A DNA stretch of 64,000 nucleotides from Paragordius varius (lineage: Eukaryota > Animalia > Nematomorpha), in NCBI GenBank assembly GCA_964247055.1, contig OZ176056.1:2790001-2854000 (forward strand), read 5' to 3'. Below are positions 1-14,100 of this stretch, piece by piece; the stretch's first letter is position 1; every line of letters starts with the position of its first letter. The translations under genes and the position numbers were made by a program. The notes under the pieces were generated by a model that had not been told where the DNA came from, did no database searches, and saw only the letters and a program-made list of their open reading frames with translations.

Positions 1-81
1 ATATAAGAATTTAAAGCAAAACAGTTATCAGAAAATTTGTTTAATTATGTTTATATATATATTATATATATATATATATAG

Positions 82-126
82 ATCTAGTACCTTCTAGCGG
101 TGATGTTTCTTCCAGATCAATCGACG
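82..126 (+). CDS. Micro-exon (D)LVPSSGDVSSRSID
   Basis: (TA)nG acceptor, GTATTA donor, 45 nt, open in phase 1-1; identical copy at 51332-51376. Confidence 0.6.
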
Positions 127-3100
127 GTATTATAAATTAAATTAACATATAAACTGAAAATATCTCTTCTTAATCTTTTAATTGGTTTTCAATGCCAGAC
201 CAATTTTTTTTATTTAATAACCGGTGGTATTGTATTAAAATTAAAACACGTGTATTTCAATTTTTTGAAGAAAAATGATTATATATGAAAATAATTATTT
301 TACACATATAGAACATGTTTGATTTTACTTGAAAATTTATAGGAATTAAGATAACTTATTTGTAAAATATAAAAATACATCAATTATATTTTTCCTTATC
401 AGAAAATAAATTGTGAAAAATTTTTAAACTGCAATTATCGCCTTTTAAAATTTTATCCGCATATTTTTCAAAATGACTAATATTTAATTCTAACTATAAT
501 TTATGATTAAAAAAATTTGATCCCTTAAATCAAATTAAAATAAGCACTCAGTTTCAGAAGCATAAATTAATACAATTCAATTCTAAACCTAAATATTAGG
601 TTTTATCAAACAATTAAAGAATGAATATTTTATCATTTTAAAACATTATGTTTATATATCTCCATCTCTACTACAAACAGAGGTTTATTAATGTTAAATT
701 ATTTTTCATATTACCTATACACCCGTATCAGGTCCTGAACTAAAACGTTTCCCATTAAGATGTAATATAAAATAAAAATAACCACATTTTTCCCTAATAG
801 CATAATTGAATTCCGCGTATAAACCGTAAATCTATTTTTACAATTGCATCATGTTATAATAAAAAGACATTAGGTTTAATGCATATTTTTTTAATATACT
901 AACAAAAATTTTATATTTTTAATTAAACAGGAATTTGAGTTACTAAAACATATTTTGCTAAAATTGACGTGTTTTATATCAACTACATTCATTCAATCTG
1001 TATTTGTGTAATGAGTACTAAACGTGAAATTATCAAATAAATGGGCGGTTTCTTACCAACTTGTATTGTGAGGATTCGACACTATAAAAATTAATTTCTT
1101 ATATCGAATTGGCCGTGGGAAAATATTTTCTAATAAATAAGGAATGCTGAATTTATATGCATATATGTTTTTGAAACTATTTATCCAATTTACCAAAAGA
1201 TTGAATTATGTTTTCAAGGTTATTGCAAAATTTTTTTTTAATATATCATGACATAATTATGGCAAAAATATAGGGTGTTACAGATCCCTCAGATAAGTAA
1301 AAATATTTAATATGGTTAGTTGTCGTTTTTTATCAATCACTATCTAACCAATTTTGATAGCTATGATAGTTATATATGTAATATTTAAGATGCTCCATGA
1401 TATACCTTTGCAAATCTGTTAAAATGTATATTAACTTAGTTCCAAATATCTTTCTTTAAAGAAACAATAATTTTTTAATGCGAATTAAAAATGACCTCTT
1501 TTGTCAAATTATAGATAATATCTTTGAAGAAAAGTCAAAAAATCAGATATTAAATATTGGGGAATATTTAAGTATATGGGTCAAGCTAGTGGAAAACTTT
1601 TCTAATGATAATAAATGTCAATGGATATTGAATGGTAAAGAAATCACGACAGTTTATAGACAAAAATCAAAAACTTATTCTTACACAAAAGACATGATCA
1701 ACTTAACAGATGGTGGAAATTATACCTTTAGCTGTGGTTCAAAATCAATAAATATCTCAGTGAGAATCATTGGTAAATATGTTAATATATATTAAGTTGT
1801 AGTTTTTAATATATAAATATAAATATTTCAAAACAAGATACATTTTATTTTATTTAGAACCAGTACCAATGACTTATAGCCATAATCAAGTTAATATTGA
1901 TTTTTCTCGAGTCATACAAAAAAATGAATTGTACAATGTTACTATATTGGAAGACTATCATATGCATGATGACAAAAAGAATTTCTCAGAACTAAGCCCA
2001 TACATACATCATTCACCTAAATTTGAAATTATATGCATTTCAAATTTGATAGAAGAATACTGTTCTCCTCTAATTCCAAGTTATTTTATGATAATTTTAA
2101 TTTAATAATATATATACAGCGTCCTAAAAATTTATTGATGAAAAATTTATAATCTGATTTGAAAAATTCAGAATCGTGTGGTATTTTTGATTTTGGTTCT
2201 AAAGAGTGATATAAGGAAGTTTTCACATTGTGGTAACTAATCAATATCAGAAAATATAAATTAAGGCACTTTTTTATAAATGAAATTTTTTGGTCAATGC
2301 TAAATGCCTTATGCCAAAAAATACTAAAATATGTCAAAAACAGATGAAAGCAAAACAATATTTTTAAAATAAATTATTTGTTGGCTCCACCAAATTTTTT
2401 CGCTATTCTAAAATGGGTTACTATTAAAATAAATACAAAAATGCCGAGATTGCGCGATAAAAATTTTGATAATATGCTAAAAATTTAAAAAAAAAATTAA
2501 AAATTATTTTTCAAAGAAATTAGATAGAAAAAGTAACATTTTGCTAGAAATTGAATTGTTAACCAGCGGGACTTATAATAAAATTTTAAATTATCAAAAA
2601 AAAATTTAATACACTATGACAAAACATATTATTTGGAACAATTTACAATAAGGGGTATTTTATGTAGAAATTTACCGGGTCTATAATTTGCAATATGAAT
2701 ATCTGCCTAATTTGGATATAAAGTTGTGTTGGTCATCAACTTACAGCCCAAAAGTTAAAATATATGAAGGATACAATTGTGAGAATTTTATAAACGAAAC
2801 AACCGAGCACGCTTACATTCTAAAATACACAACTATTATCAAGAAAAATCAAACTTATTGCTTACAAACTGTGAATCAAAGCGCAAATTTGTTTGAAAGG
2901 ATAGCCGTAACAATACCAACAAGTATTATTTAGTTATAATTGTGAGACAATTAAAACATGTAAAAAGATGATATAAAACTTGTTTTGTAAACTTCGGTCA
3001 AATTAGGATTAAAAATTCAAAGTTTTTCTTATAAAATCATGTTTTTGTTTCTTTTAAACATATTCTGCGGCTGGGGCCGGCACGGTCCAATGTAAGCCCT

Positions 3101-6100
3101 TACGCGGACAATAATCTATAAAAATTAAAAATAAAGTTTAGAGCCTTCATATGCTATTATTAATTTTCTATAGTCATACTAACATGTAGAAATAAAACAG
3201 TTGTTAAAACATAAGTCATCGTTGTACTTTCAATTTATATAAGAATTTAAAGAAAAACAGTTATCAAAAAATTTGTTTAATTATGTTTATTTAAACGTCA
3301 TGTTCCCAAAATTACCTAGCTTAAAAAAAGTATATACATTATATATAATATATCGTATTTAATTGCAAATTTCTACAATAGATATATTTTTACAAACATC
3401 CAAAAAAATTGTTAAGAATGTTGGGCAAGATTTTGAACTTTTTGTCAGACTACCAATCAAAATTCGAAATTTCACAGGAATCTGGCAAATAAATGGTACC
3501 GAAATTAAAGATGGTTTTAAGAAAAAATCCTGGGATACTTACACACATGTAAGAGCGAATGTTAGCAAAAATGATACTGGAACATACACATTTGTGGTTG
3601 GACCCAAATCAATAAGCATTAATGTGAAAGTCATAGGTAAATCTATTTTTTAATAATCTATTTATTTTTTTATAATTTTAATATACTATAATATTTCCAA
3701 TATCATTTACATTTCAAATTCACCCTTGAACAATTCGAATTTAGTTTTTCAAGAAAATATTAACTATATTTTATATTTCATATAATTAAATATTTTTTAT
3801 AATTGAAATATGAAAATAAAACCTAAGTTATAAAAATATATTTCCAAATGAATAATATTAGCCTGAAAACACATGTTTTTTTAGGGTGAATATGATTTGT
3901 AAATGGTATATATTCTAATAAAAAATCTATCTGGATACTATAATGGCTGTGGTATATAATCTTAGGAGTTATTTAATAAAATAACTTTCGTAAGTAAATA
4001 TATTCGGAAAGGGAAATGCCTGAAAATTATCATGATTGCCAAAAATGATGTTTACAATTATGCTTCATAATCAAATATATCACTAAAATATATTTATTAC
4101 ATATATAAAAATAATACTTTAAATATTTTTAAAAGTTTTTATTTTTTCGCTAAATAGTGTAGTTCTCTTAACACTTGGATACAACACATTCATTTTGGTC
4201 CTTCGATTCAAATTGGGGTAGTTGAACCATGCCTGTTAAAAATTAAATTATTTAACACTTTGATTCAAATTGGGGTATCTAAATACCCCAGACTAAATTT
4301 AAATTAAGATTTTTAAAAAACAACTGAATGAAACGGTCCCATTTAAATTTATGCTTCTATCCTTATAAAAATTACATAAATATGCCATAATATGTAAATA
4401 AAATTTTGTTTTGAAAAAAAAGTTCCATCTCAAACTACTTCGACGCCATTTTTATTTTAAATTTTTTTTTGCAAAATATCGTCTTCATTTAACATTTCGA
4501 TTCAAATTGGGGTATCTAAATACCCCAGGCTAAATTTAAATTAATATTTTAACAAACTATTAAAGGAAACGGTCCCAATTTAAATTTATGCTTCTATCAT
4601 AATAAAAATATAAATATGCCAAAATATCTTGATAAATTGTTTTGAAAAAAAAGTTCCATGTCAAACTACTTCGACGCCATTTTTATTTTGCAAAATTTTT
4701 GCAATATATCGTCTTATAATAATTTTAAGGGTAAAATTAAAGGTTATTTTTTTTTTGATTTACATCTAACATTGATTAAAAAAGAAAATGCGGTTTATTT
4801 TGTATTATTTTTTAATTTTACCATTTCACACATGTCACGTTGACTAAATTTTAACCTTTCGGTTTTGGCTTAAAATAAGTAATATCAAGTATTTTTGAAT
4901 AAATTTTTTTAAATATTTGGTTTTATTAATGTTATATAAGTGCAAAATTTTGCAATGGTTTTGATTCCTTCCATATTTTTTAAATAATTTAATTTTAAAC
5001 AGGTCTGGGGTATTTAACCACCCCAATTTGAATCGAAGGACTAAAATGAATGTGTTGTATCCAAGTGTTAAGAATTATGGAAGGAATATAAACCATAACA
5101 AAATTTTGCACTTATATAACATTAATAAACCGGAGTATATAAAAAAAAATTTCAAAAATACTTGATATTACTTATTTTAAGGTAAAACCTAAAGGTAAAA
5201 ATTTAGTCAACGTGGCATATCATTGATTAAATTAAAGAATAATACAAAAAAACCACTTTTTTTATTAATATCAATTTATATGATTTAAATAAAAAATTAG
5301 TTTTACTATACCTTGAAAATAAATGAACACGATATTTTGAAAAAAATTTGCAAAATAAAATTGCATCCAAGTAGTTGGACATGAAAATTTTTTTTAAATT
5401 AAATTTTATTTAGATATTTTAGATTATTTATATAATTTTTATTGGTATAGAAGCATAAATTTTAATTAGGACTGTTTCCTTCAGTAGTTTTTTTTAAATT
5501 TAATTAGGTCTGGGGTGTTTAGATATCCAATTTGAATCAAAGTGTTTAAATGACACAAAGATGCTGAGCGCGCTGAAAAATTTAATTTTATCCTAAATTA
5601 TAACTTAAAATATTATTTAAAACTGCAGTTTTAAATTTTTAAAAATTAACTATTATATTATGTTAATATTCTGTCCCATATATATACTATTTTTTGGTAT
5701 GATAACGGGATAAAAACACTTAGAATATATATTGAAAAATATTGTTAATATAATAATGATAAACATTTTTAATATCTCAAACTTTAAATATTCGTTAATT
5801 TATGATTTATCTTAAATATTTTTTTACAAAATTACATCTAAATTTTAAGCAAAGGCTTTTAATTGAAATTTTGCGTAAGTATGTTCAGCATCATCAAATT
5901 ATATAGAATTAAAGTAAAGTGTTTTTATGCGGTTTCTATTATAAAATTGTACGAAATACGTTCCAACAATGTTAAAAATAAATTTTTTAAAAAAAAGGAT
6001 GCATTTTTTAAATAATTTTAGTTAATAAAATTTAGCTTAATTTATCATATTTATTGCGCCTCGGCATTTTTGCCTTTATTGTAAGAGAACAGCCCATTAT

Positions 6101-8125
6101 AAAAGAACCAAACAGTTTGGGACTTTTGGAGCCCTAATCCTATAACTAATTCTTTTAAAATAATTGTTTGGCTTTTTATTAATAGTTTATTATATATTAT
6201 ATATTTAAAATGAAGCTTATAGCTTTCAAAAAAAATTATCTGAAAAAATGTGTGCAGATTTTGTCAATTCTATATTAGTATAATAAAAAAGTGTTCTATA
6301 TTGCTCGTAAGTAAAAGGAAATGCACTAAGATATTCCCAATATAAATCCTTATCGAAATATTATTATATCAGGGTATCTTTTTGTTACCCCCCATAGGAA
6401 GCAGTGTGATACTGAGCATCTTTATTTTAGGCTAAATGCTTTATTTCAAAAATATTGTAGTATTACATACTATAATTTAAAGCAGAACAATATCTTAATA
6501 TTTTAATTTAAAAAACGTGGTCCAAGTCTCAAAATATTTAAACCGTTAAATGGTCTAGTTATCTTAAAAAACGCAATGCGGATGAGATAACAACATTTTT
6601 AATATATAATTGTTTCGCAATATGTTGAACATATTTTTAGATGCAATGTAAAAAACACTTTAAGGAATTCGAAAATATTTGAATGCCAAATGTTAGAATA
6701 GGGTTCGAGGTTTAATTAAGTTCAACATCAACGATATATATATAGAAAAGGGGTATATATACAAAGGTTTGTTTTACCGTTTCACCTTACTCCAAAACAT
6801 CTTAAAATACGCATCAAAATTTTATAAAATTATAACTTTTAACCAAACTAGGCTTTTAATATAATTTTATTTGATGTTATATCCCATATATGCAAATTCT
6901 TATCGCAAAATTTAGTTTATTTTAGAAGGCGTCAAATATATATGACGTTCGAGACTCACATCTTATAATTAGAATTAATGAAGCTTTCTTTCTTTTAATA
7001 CTCCTGACATTTTGGGGTAATATACCCTATCCTTTTACCTTTTATAGACGCTTGCAAAAAAAATTTATTTAAAATTCCTTATTTAATACTTTTTACACGC
7101 CATTTTTTCAATTATTTAAATCGCTAGTACAACATGCAATAAATAAATATGTTGGTTGAACAACGTAAGCAATTAACTTTCGAAGGCTCTAATTACGACC
7201 AAATTTTCGTAATTGATTTCGATATCAGTTGTGCTTTTGAATCGTGTTCTGGAGCTATCTATATTTAGGGCTCTGGAAAAAATTAAAATTTTAAGTTGTT
7301 TACACCCTGTGTCCTGCGTAAAAATTTTTTTCTTAGATAGCCCAGCGAATTCATTTGGCGAAAAAAATTAATTTATAGATGACCTGGTTGACATAAGAGA
7401 AAATTTAAATTTAGCATCAAAACTTTATCATTTAATTTAACACAATAAAATACATATAAGATTAATAAATTATTTTTTTGAGTAATACTGTTTTATTTTG
7501 GAATCCTACCTGAGCGGGAAGTGGAATTCAACAATCTGCATACAGGTTTACATATAATATTTTTACTGAGATTTACGGATATTGGTGGAAATTACATTTA
7601 AATCCTATTTTGCATTAATTTATATAGATTATGATTCCTGCTCATATAAATTCCAAAATAAAACAGTTATTTTATTAGACACTCGCTCATAGTGGCAATA
7701 AATGAAAATTAAAACAATATTTTATTAATTTTATTTAATATATGCGTTTTTAGTATAAATTATAAAAGTTAAAAAATTTTTAAGTTCATAACATTTTAAT
7801 TGTGTAAGAAATATGTTAAAGGTTTAAACAGGATTTTTGATCTGAGTTTTAATAAAACCATTATATGATTTTAAGCTATTAAATATGTAAATATCTGATA
7901 TCTATAAATAATTAAATATCTCAAGTTTAGATTATTTTTTCCTTGAATAGATTTAATTTCCCGATTTTTGCCCAACTTTGATTTTTCAAATTTAATAAAA
8001 AACAAATTACAATTTTTGTGGCATCGCTGGTTATAGGCTATCATATAATAATCGACTCTTTTTGCTTGCAAACAGGGTGCAACATAAGATGCGATAATTT
8101 AGTATACAATCTTAAAATGAAGATT

Positions 8126-8164
<39 letters not shown>

Positions 8165-11100
8165 CATTACTTATACAAAAATTGCTTATGATTATTATTA
8201 ATAATACGTGAAATAGATCAATTCAATGACAACGTTTTTTTAGTTGTTACTTATTAAGCAGAATTTTCTTAATATATGAAAGCGACTGTTATAGTTATTA
8301 CGACCATTTATACTAATAATTTGTTTTATTTATAAAGATCCTTTAGTATCCAAACTCTATCCCGATCAGGTTACAACTGATTTTTCACCAGTTGTGGAAC
8401 AAAATCAAACTTATTATGTTAGTATTTATGAAAATGAATTTGAAGTTAACGAAGAATATATAAGGAATAATACCCAACTAACACCCTACACATATGAAAT
8501 ACCTCCAAATTTTGAGGGATCATATACTTTTTGTATCACCGCTTCTTTCGAGGAATATTGTGCGGAGGAGATTGATATTCCAGGTTAATATTTTTAGTAT
8601 AATCTTATAAGTTTATGCGGATCATTATGCAATTTTTAAATTTTATCTAAAACCTCATCGTGTTAAGTGAAAACGAGTTTAGGTGGTTTCAAAGCCACGC
8701 GAGACAAAAATATGGAATTCAAAATTTTATATTTTTAAAACTCTATAAAGATCATAATTTGGCTGGTTTAATTTATTTTTTTCCATGAACATTTATGAAG
8801 TGGATATTGAGCCATGTTTTTCCCGAGAGTTATGACGGAAGAGGCCACTAAGCATATATGATCATAATTCATAATTTTACGTTTAAAATTAATTGTTAAA
8901 TCCCTCATATAATTGTAAAATTGTCAAACCTGTATTCTCGCTAATATTTATTCCGGATGACTATATTTTAAATTCTGAAATGTTAATATATATAAGATAA
9001 ATGATAAAAGGTTTATTAACTTTTATATATTATTACAAAAGGAATTATGCTAGATAAATTTATTAAATGACTAGGGAAGCCATGGTCAAAACCACTGGCA
9101 ACAAAACGGGGTTTAATAATTGATGCTATGAAAAATATATCGCCAATACCTAAAAGTTTTAAGATACGTATAAATTGACTGAGAATACGGTTAAGCTAGA
9201 AAAAGTTTTTGGTAATTTATAATTGACTAAAGTAAATCGCATCTCATCCTACACCAGGGCAAAAAAATAAAAAACAAGGTACCATCAGCAAAAATTTATT
9301 CGTTAATATGATGTGGAAACATAAATTTAAAAGCTAAATGTTATTCAATCTGTCGTATTTCAGCAGGGTCTTGGGGGCCTAAATATTAGCTTAAACATTA
9401 CGATTTGCTTCAAATATGAATAAAATTTATGTGCGGATAAAATTCTATTTATTTTACCATACACTTACTAGATATTAAGAACGTACCCAATATATAACTC
9501 AAAAATAGCAGCAAGATAATAAATATTAACAGTCCTCGAATATTTTCATATTATAAATATTTTTGATGTGATAAAATAATTTTGGCACCATTTTCGCTTT
9601 GGGTTTTATGTATAACAATCCATGTATAAAAATAAAGTCAATTCTTTTTCTACATAAGATTTTACAGAATAAATATAAATATTGGAAATTAATTATACTC
9701 AATTTCCAATGCATATTATCTAAATCTATATAATGTATATCATATATATCATATATAAAGGTGTAGTCATAAGTTTTTATTGTTTTTTGGTTAAACAAAT
9801 AGATAAATTAGAGAATCATTTATTGTTTAATATGTACACGGCTTCACATTTCGCCCTTGAAGGTTTTGTTGAATCATTTATCAATGTTCTCCAAATTAAT
9901 GAAGTAGTGCTTTATTAGGTTGAGCTTCATTGATGTAAAGATGTAGTAATCAGATAGAGTCAGTTGAGCAGGGCGGATGCAAAATTTTTTTTTCATCATA
10001 CAGATTTTAAGGCGTGAATCAGCTGTGTGAGACGAAAAATTGTTACGTAGCGAATCACTTTGTCATTTCTGGCTGGGAGGTTTTTCGAGTAATGCATCGT
10101 TTAAATTAATCGAGTTGCTTATTAATGGTCTCCATAGCTTTAAACATAATAAAAATACCAGTAACACATGTTATTTCTAAAGCGATTCAGGTATTTGTGT
10201 TAATGGACCCTTGGCAAAGTAAAGACGATTATTTTCGTTTTGCATTTATAATGAAGCTTTTTTCATCATCAGTCACATTTAGTGCAAAAACACCTCATGA
10301 CGCTTAAGCAGGTTTCGGAAGTCACTTAATAATTTTCATGTTTATTTAAATTGTGTAGGCCTTTTTTTTACCAAGTTTGGCCAATCCCATTGCTAGACGC
10401 CTGCTGAATATCCAAACATGGAATGCTATTGCCAACTGTTGATTTCGAATTGGGTCCTATATCCAATAACTATTGTACCTGATCGTCTATGTGGTCAACC
10501 AGAAAGACCACGGTTCTTGAACACAATTTTTGAAACCATTTAACGTGATTTAATTGGGATAGCATGTGTTAAAATGACGTTTTTTTAAACCTTTTTTGAT
10601 GAAACAAAACATTCTTAGCGTTCCGAAAATGTTCTTCGAAGTCAGAAAATTTGATATAATTACCGAGTGATAAAATAAAACGCTACCTTTTTGCGAAATC
10701 GAAATGCTTATATAGTTTAATATCAAATGAAAAGTTCTATATAAAATCGATCGTTTGCCCACTTTTTGCTCATGTCTTCTCTTAGTTAGGTAATTACATA
10801 AATTTATATCACAATGTGAGTTTGTGGGAAGGTGTTTTCAATAAGCAATTTTAACTTACTTCCATTTAAAAATCAGAAGATTGCAAGGTAATTAGCATCA
10901 GTTATTATTAAAATATTGATTATATAGTTTATTATAGGGAAGTTTACTTTCACTATGGTTGCCCTAATTTTTTACCGCATTGTTCTCTTTAAAATCCAAA
11001 ATTATAAAATATAACATTAGAAAATATGATAAAGGAGCCTAAATTAAGTATTTTAATTTTATACCTGTTTTAATATTAAAACAGTATAAAATTTGTACTA

Positions 11101-14100
11101 AATAATCTCAAATTAAATATAACAAATCTAAAAATCATGATTTTAACTTAGACTCACTTAAAATTAATTCATTTTCCCTTTATGCAAAGATTAAATTAAA
11201 AAATTGTAATATTTTCAAATTATTATCATTAACATTAGTATCTTTTTCATGTTAGTTATTCAGTATAAAAGGAAGGTGAATATATTTAACTAAAATAAAT
11301 GTATATCTATTTACTTTTTTTTCCTTTAGCCATGCCGAGTGTCAATATACATTTTACGACGCAAAAAAATGGTGTAAACCTATCTTGGACAGAATATAAC
11401 GGGGTATCGTATTCACTAACCGCTAATGGAAAAATGTTTAAGAATAATATTAAACCAAAATATTTCATTACATATGAGCTGCTTCAATCAAATAAATTAA
11501 TTTTTACTGCATACAACAAGAGAGGAGAAACCAATTTTACTATACCTGAAAGTAAATTTTAAATGAAAATAACATTAAATATGCATCGTTATTTATTTAT
11601 TATTAATTGTAATTATAATTAAATTCTATCAATTATATTAAAATTTAAAAATGATTCGGATGGATAGTCCCAGATTTTTCTCTTAAAAAATATTAATGGT
11701 TTTTGTTTGTAATGGGTCGCGTTCATACTAATACAATTATTATTGAGTAAAAATTAATTTTAATTTCTTATGGCACTGCTATACATAATATACCTATATT
11801 TTTATAACATAGCACCTATAATAACCGAAATAATACCGCTAAGAAAACTACATGACATTGAAGCTACGGATAAGGATCAAAAAATAATTTTTATACGCTC
11901 CAATGCCAAATATTTTAATATTTCTAAAGACGAAAACTGCGAAACTTGGTTTAAATCCGAACCTTTAATGTCTTTAAATGCGTCGACCACGAAAATATGT
12001 ATTAGGGCTTACAATGGAGACTTCTTTGGCCCAATTGAAACTCATGTCCTTGAACGAACAGGTATGTGCAATATATGTATTAACATGTTTTATATCACAT
12101 GTTAGTATATTATTTACAGTTCAAATTCACCCTTGAATTCAACCTCTTCAATTCACCCTAAACTGAATTATGTGCTTTTTAAGATTAAAACTTACCTTAT
12201 TTTTTAATATTTTTAAAATATGAAACTTTGTTTAAAATTAATATAATGCTGAAAAAATAATAAACTATATCGTAAAAATATATCCCATATTACTGATAAG
12301 TTATGTTAGAACTAGGGTTGTGCTGACCAAGTTATGACCCGGTCAATTGACCGAGTCATGACCAGGTCAGTGAATATTTATTTTTTAACCATGGTCATTT
12401 AAAAAAAACAACTGTTTTTGAAAAATTGAATTTTTTTTGGAAGAAAGCTATAAAGATTGTATTGTTTTTTAATATATTTTCTAAAAAATATATTTTAAAT
12501 ATGCATGTTTAACAATATGATATTGTTAAACATGCATTTTTATAACATTAGGATTTAATATCCAGTTATTTCGAAAAACAAAACAATCAAGAGCTTTTCA
12601 AAATATGGAATTATTCCATATCTGTGAACCAATAAAATGAATAACATTATATAATTGGATATTTTAATGATGAAAGAAATCAAACAAACTAGGTAAAATT
12701 TAATTTGAAATATCCAGTATAAGCTATGTATTAGAAGCTTCAGAAGGCCACAAACATGTGGCAAAATTCAATTTTATACAAATTTCTTGATTAAATTTGG
12801 TTAATATTTGTAAATAAATATTAAAAAAATGTATACTACAATCTTTAAAAAAATATGATATTATTAGTGAAACGCAAGTGTAATTCGAACTTTATTTTGA
12901 CAATCCAAAATCGCATGATACTTAATTAATTAAAAAGTAATCATGACCCTGACTGGGTGTGACCGGACTTTTTTGAAAAAGCAGTCAAATGCACAACCCT
13001 AATTAGAACACATAATATATTTGTAGGGTAGATTCGAATTGTTGAAGAGCGAATTTGAATTGTTCGTTAGTGAATTTGAATTGTTTAAGGGTGAATTAAT
13101 TGTATATGGTATATAATAAAAAAAATATGCCATTTTTTCATTTTGACTAATTATAAAATATGCAGTAAATTTTTGAATTCTTCATATAACCTCTCTTAAA
13201 AACAACCGCAAAATCTTATAAATTATTAATATATGATTATGAAATTTCAATAAATTTGGTAAAAAAAAAGTTTAAAGTTATATTGCCTAACACTTCATGT
13301 TTCAATTTTTTCCCGAGTGACATATTGGGATAGTTGTATATCTAAGAGATCCATTATAAGTTAAACTACTGTTTTGAAAGTTATTTTAGTTAAAAATTAT
13401 CAAACATTGTTCTCAGGTAAGATAAAAAAGCATATATTTTTTTACAGATTTGTGACTACTAGAGTCCAAAAAAAATAGGAACAGCTCTATCGCGATTTAA
13501 ACGAACAGCTCATATAAAAAATATATATCATGTTTTCGCTGATGTTTGCAAAGCTAATTATTTACCTTTTTTAATCATAAAATACACTTTATTAGCCTTG
13601 TTGCATTGGCGATTTAATAAAAATTATAGAAAAAATGGCGGTGAAAAGTTAGAGATGAAAATTGTTTTAAAAAAAATTTGTATAATGCGCCAAAGCACTA
13701 AAGAATATACCTTAAATCAGGGGTATCTAACACAAATGGCTTAAAGAGCTACATTTAAATTAATATATTTCAAGACAAAAGTATCAAATAAATATATTCC
13801 TCAAACTTTTATGTGTTAAAAACACTTTTTCGCTTAACAAATTCTTAGCTGCTAACCAGCTTTTCTCATGTTTCTCAGTCCAATACCATCTCGTATTTTT
13901 ACTAGTTAATTCATGTAAGGGACCGACTATCATTTGTAATTTTGGTATAAAGCGTTCATGAAATGTCAAAAAACCTAAAAAGCTACGTAACGACTTTTTA
14001 TCTACCGGCCTTTTTAGTTCCTTGATTGCTTTAATTTTGCTTTCACAGGGACTTATACCCTTTTTCGATATTTCAAACCCTAAATAGTTTACTGATTCTG

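Larger units (their letters stand above)
1..12710 (+). repeat. Segmental duplication, copy 1 (matches 51237-64000)
   Basis: Position 1 ATATAAGAATTTAAAGC matches 51237, and 12710 matches window end 64000. All ORFs recur with offsets of about 51240-51290; only scattered SNPs, small indels and (TA)n length changes differ. Confidence 0.97.

Noticed and set aside
2086-12764. Short hydrophobic AT-rich ORFs on either strand (e.g. 2086-2358, 4658-5026, 7871-8071, 9526-9918, 12555-12764) and their duplicates
   Set aside because: F/I/L/K/Y-rich composition typical of random AT-rich frames; most lie in introns or MITEs and lack splice or domain support.
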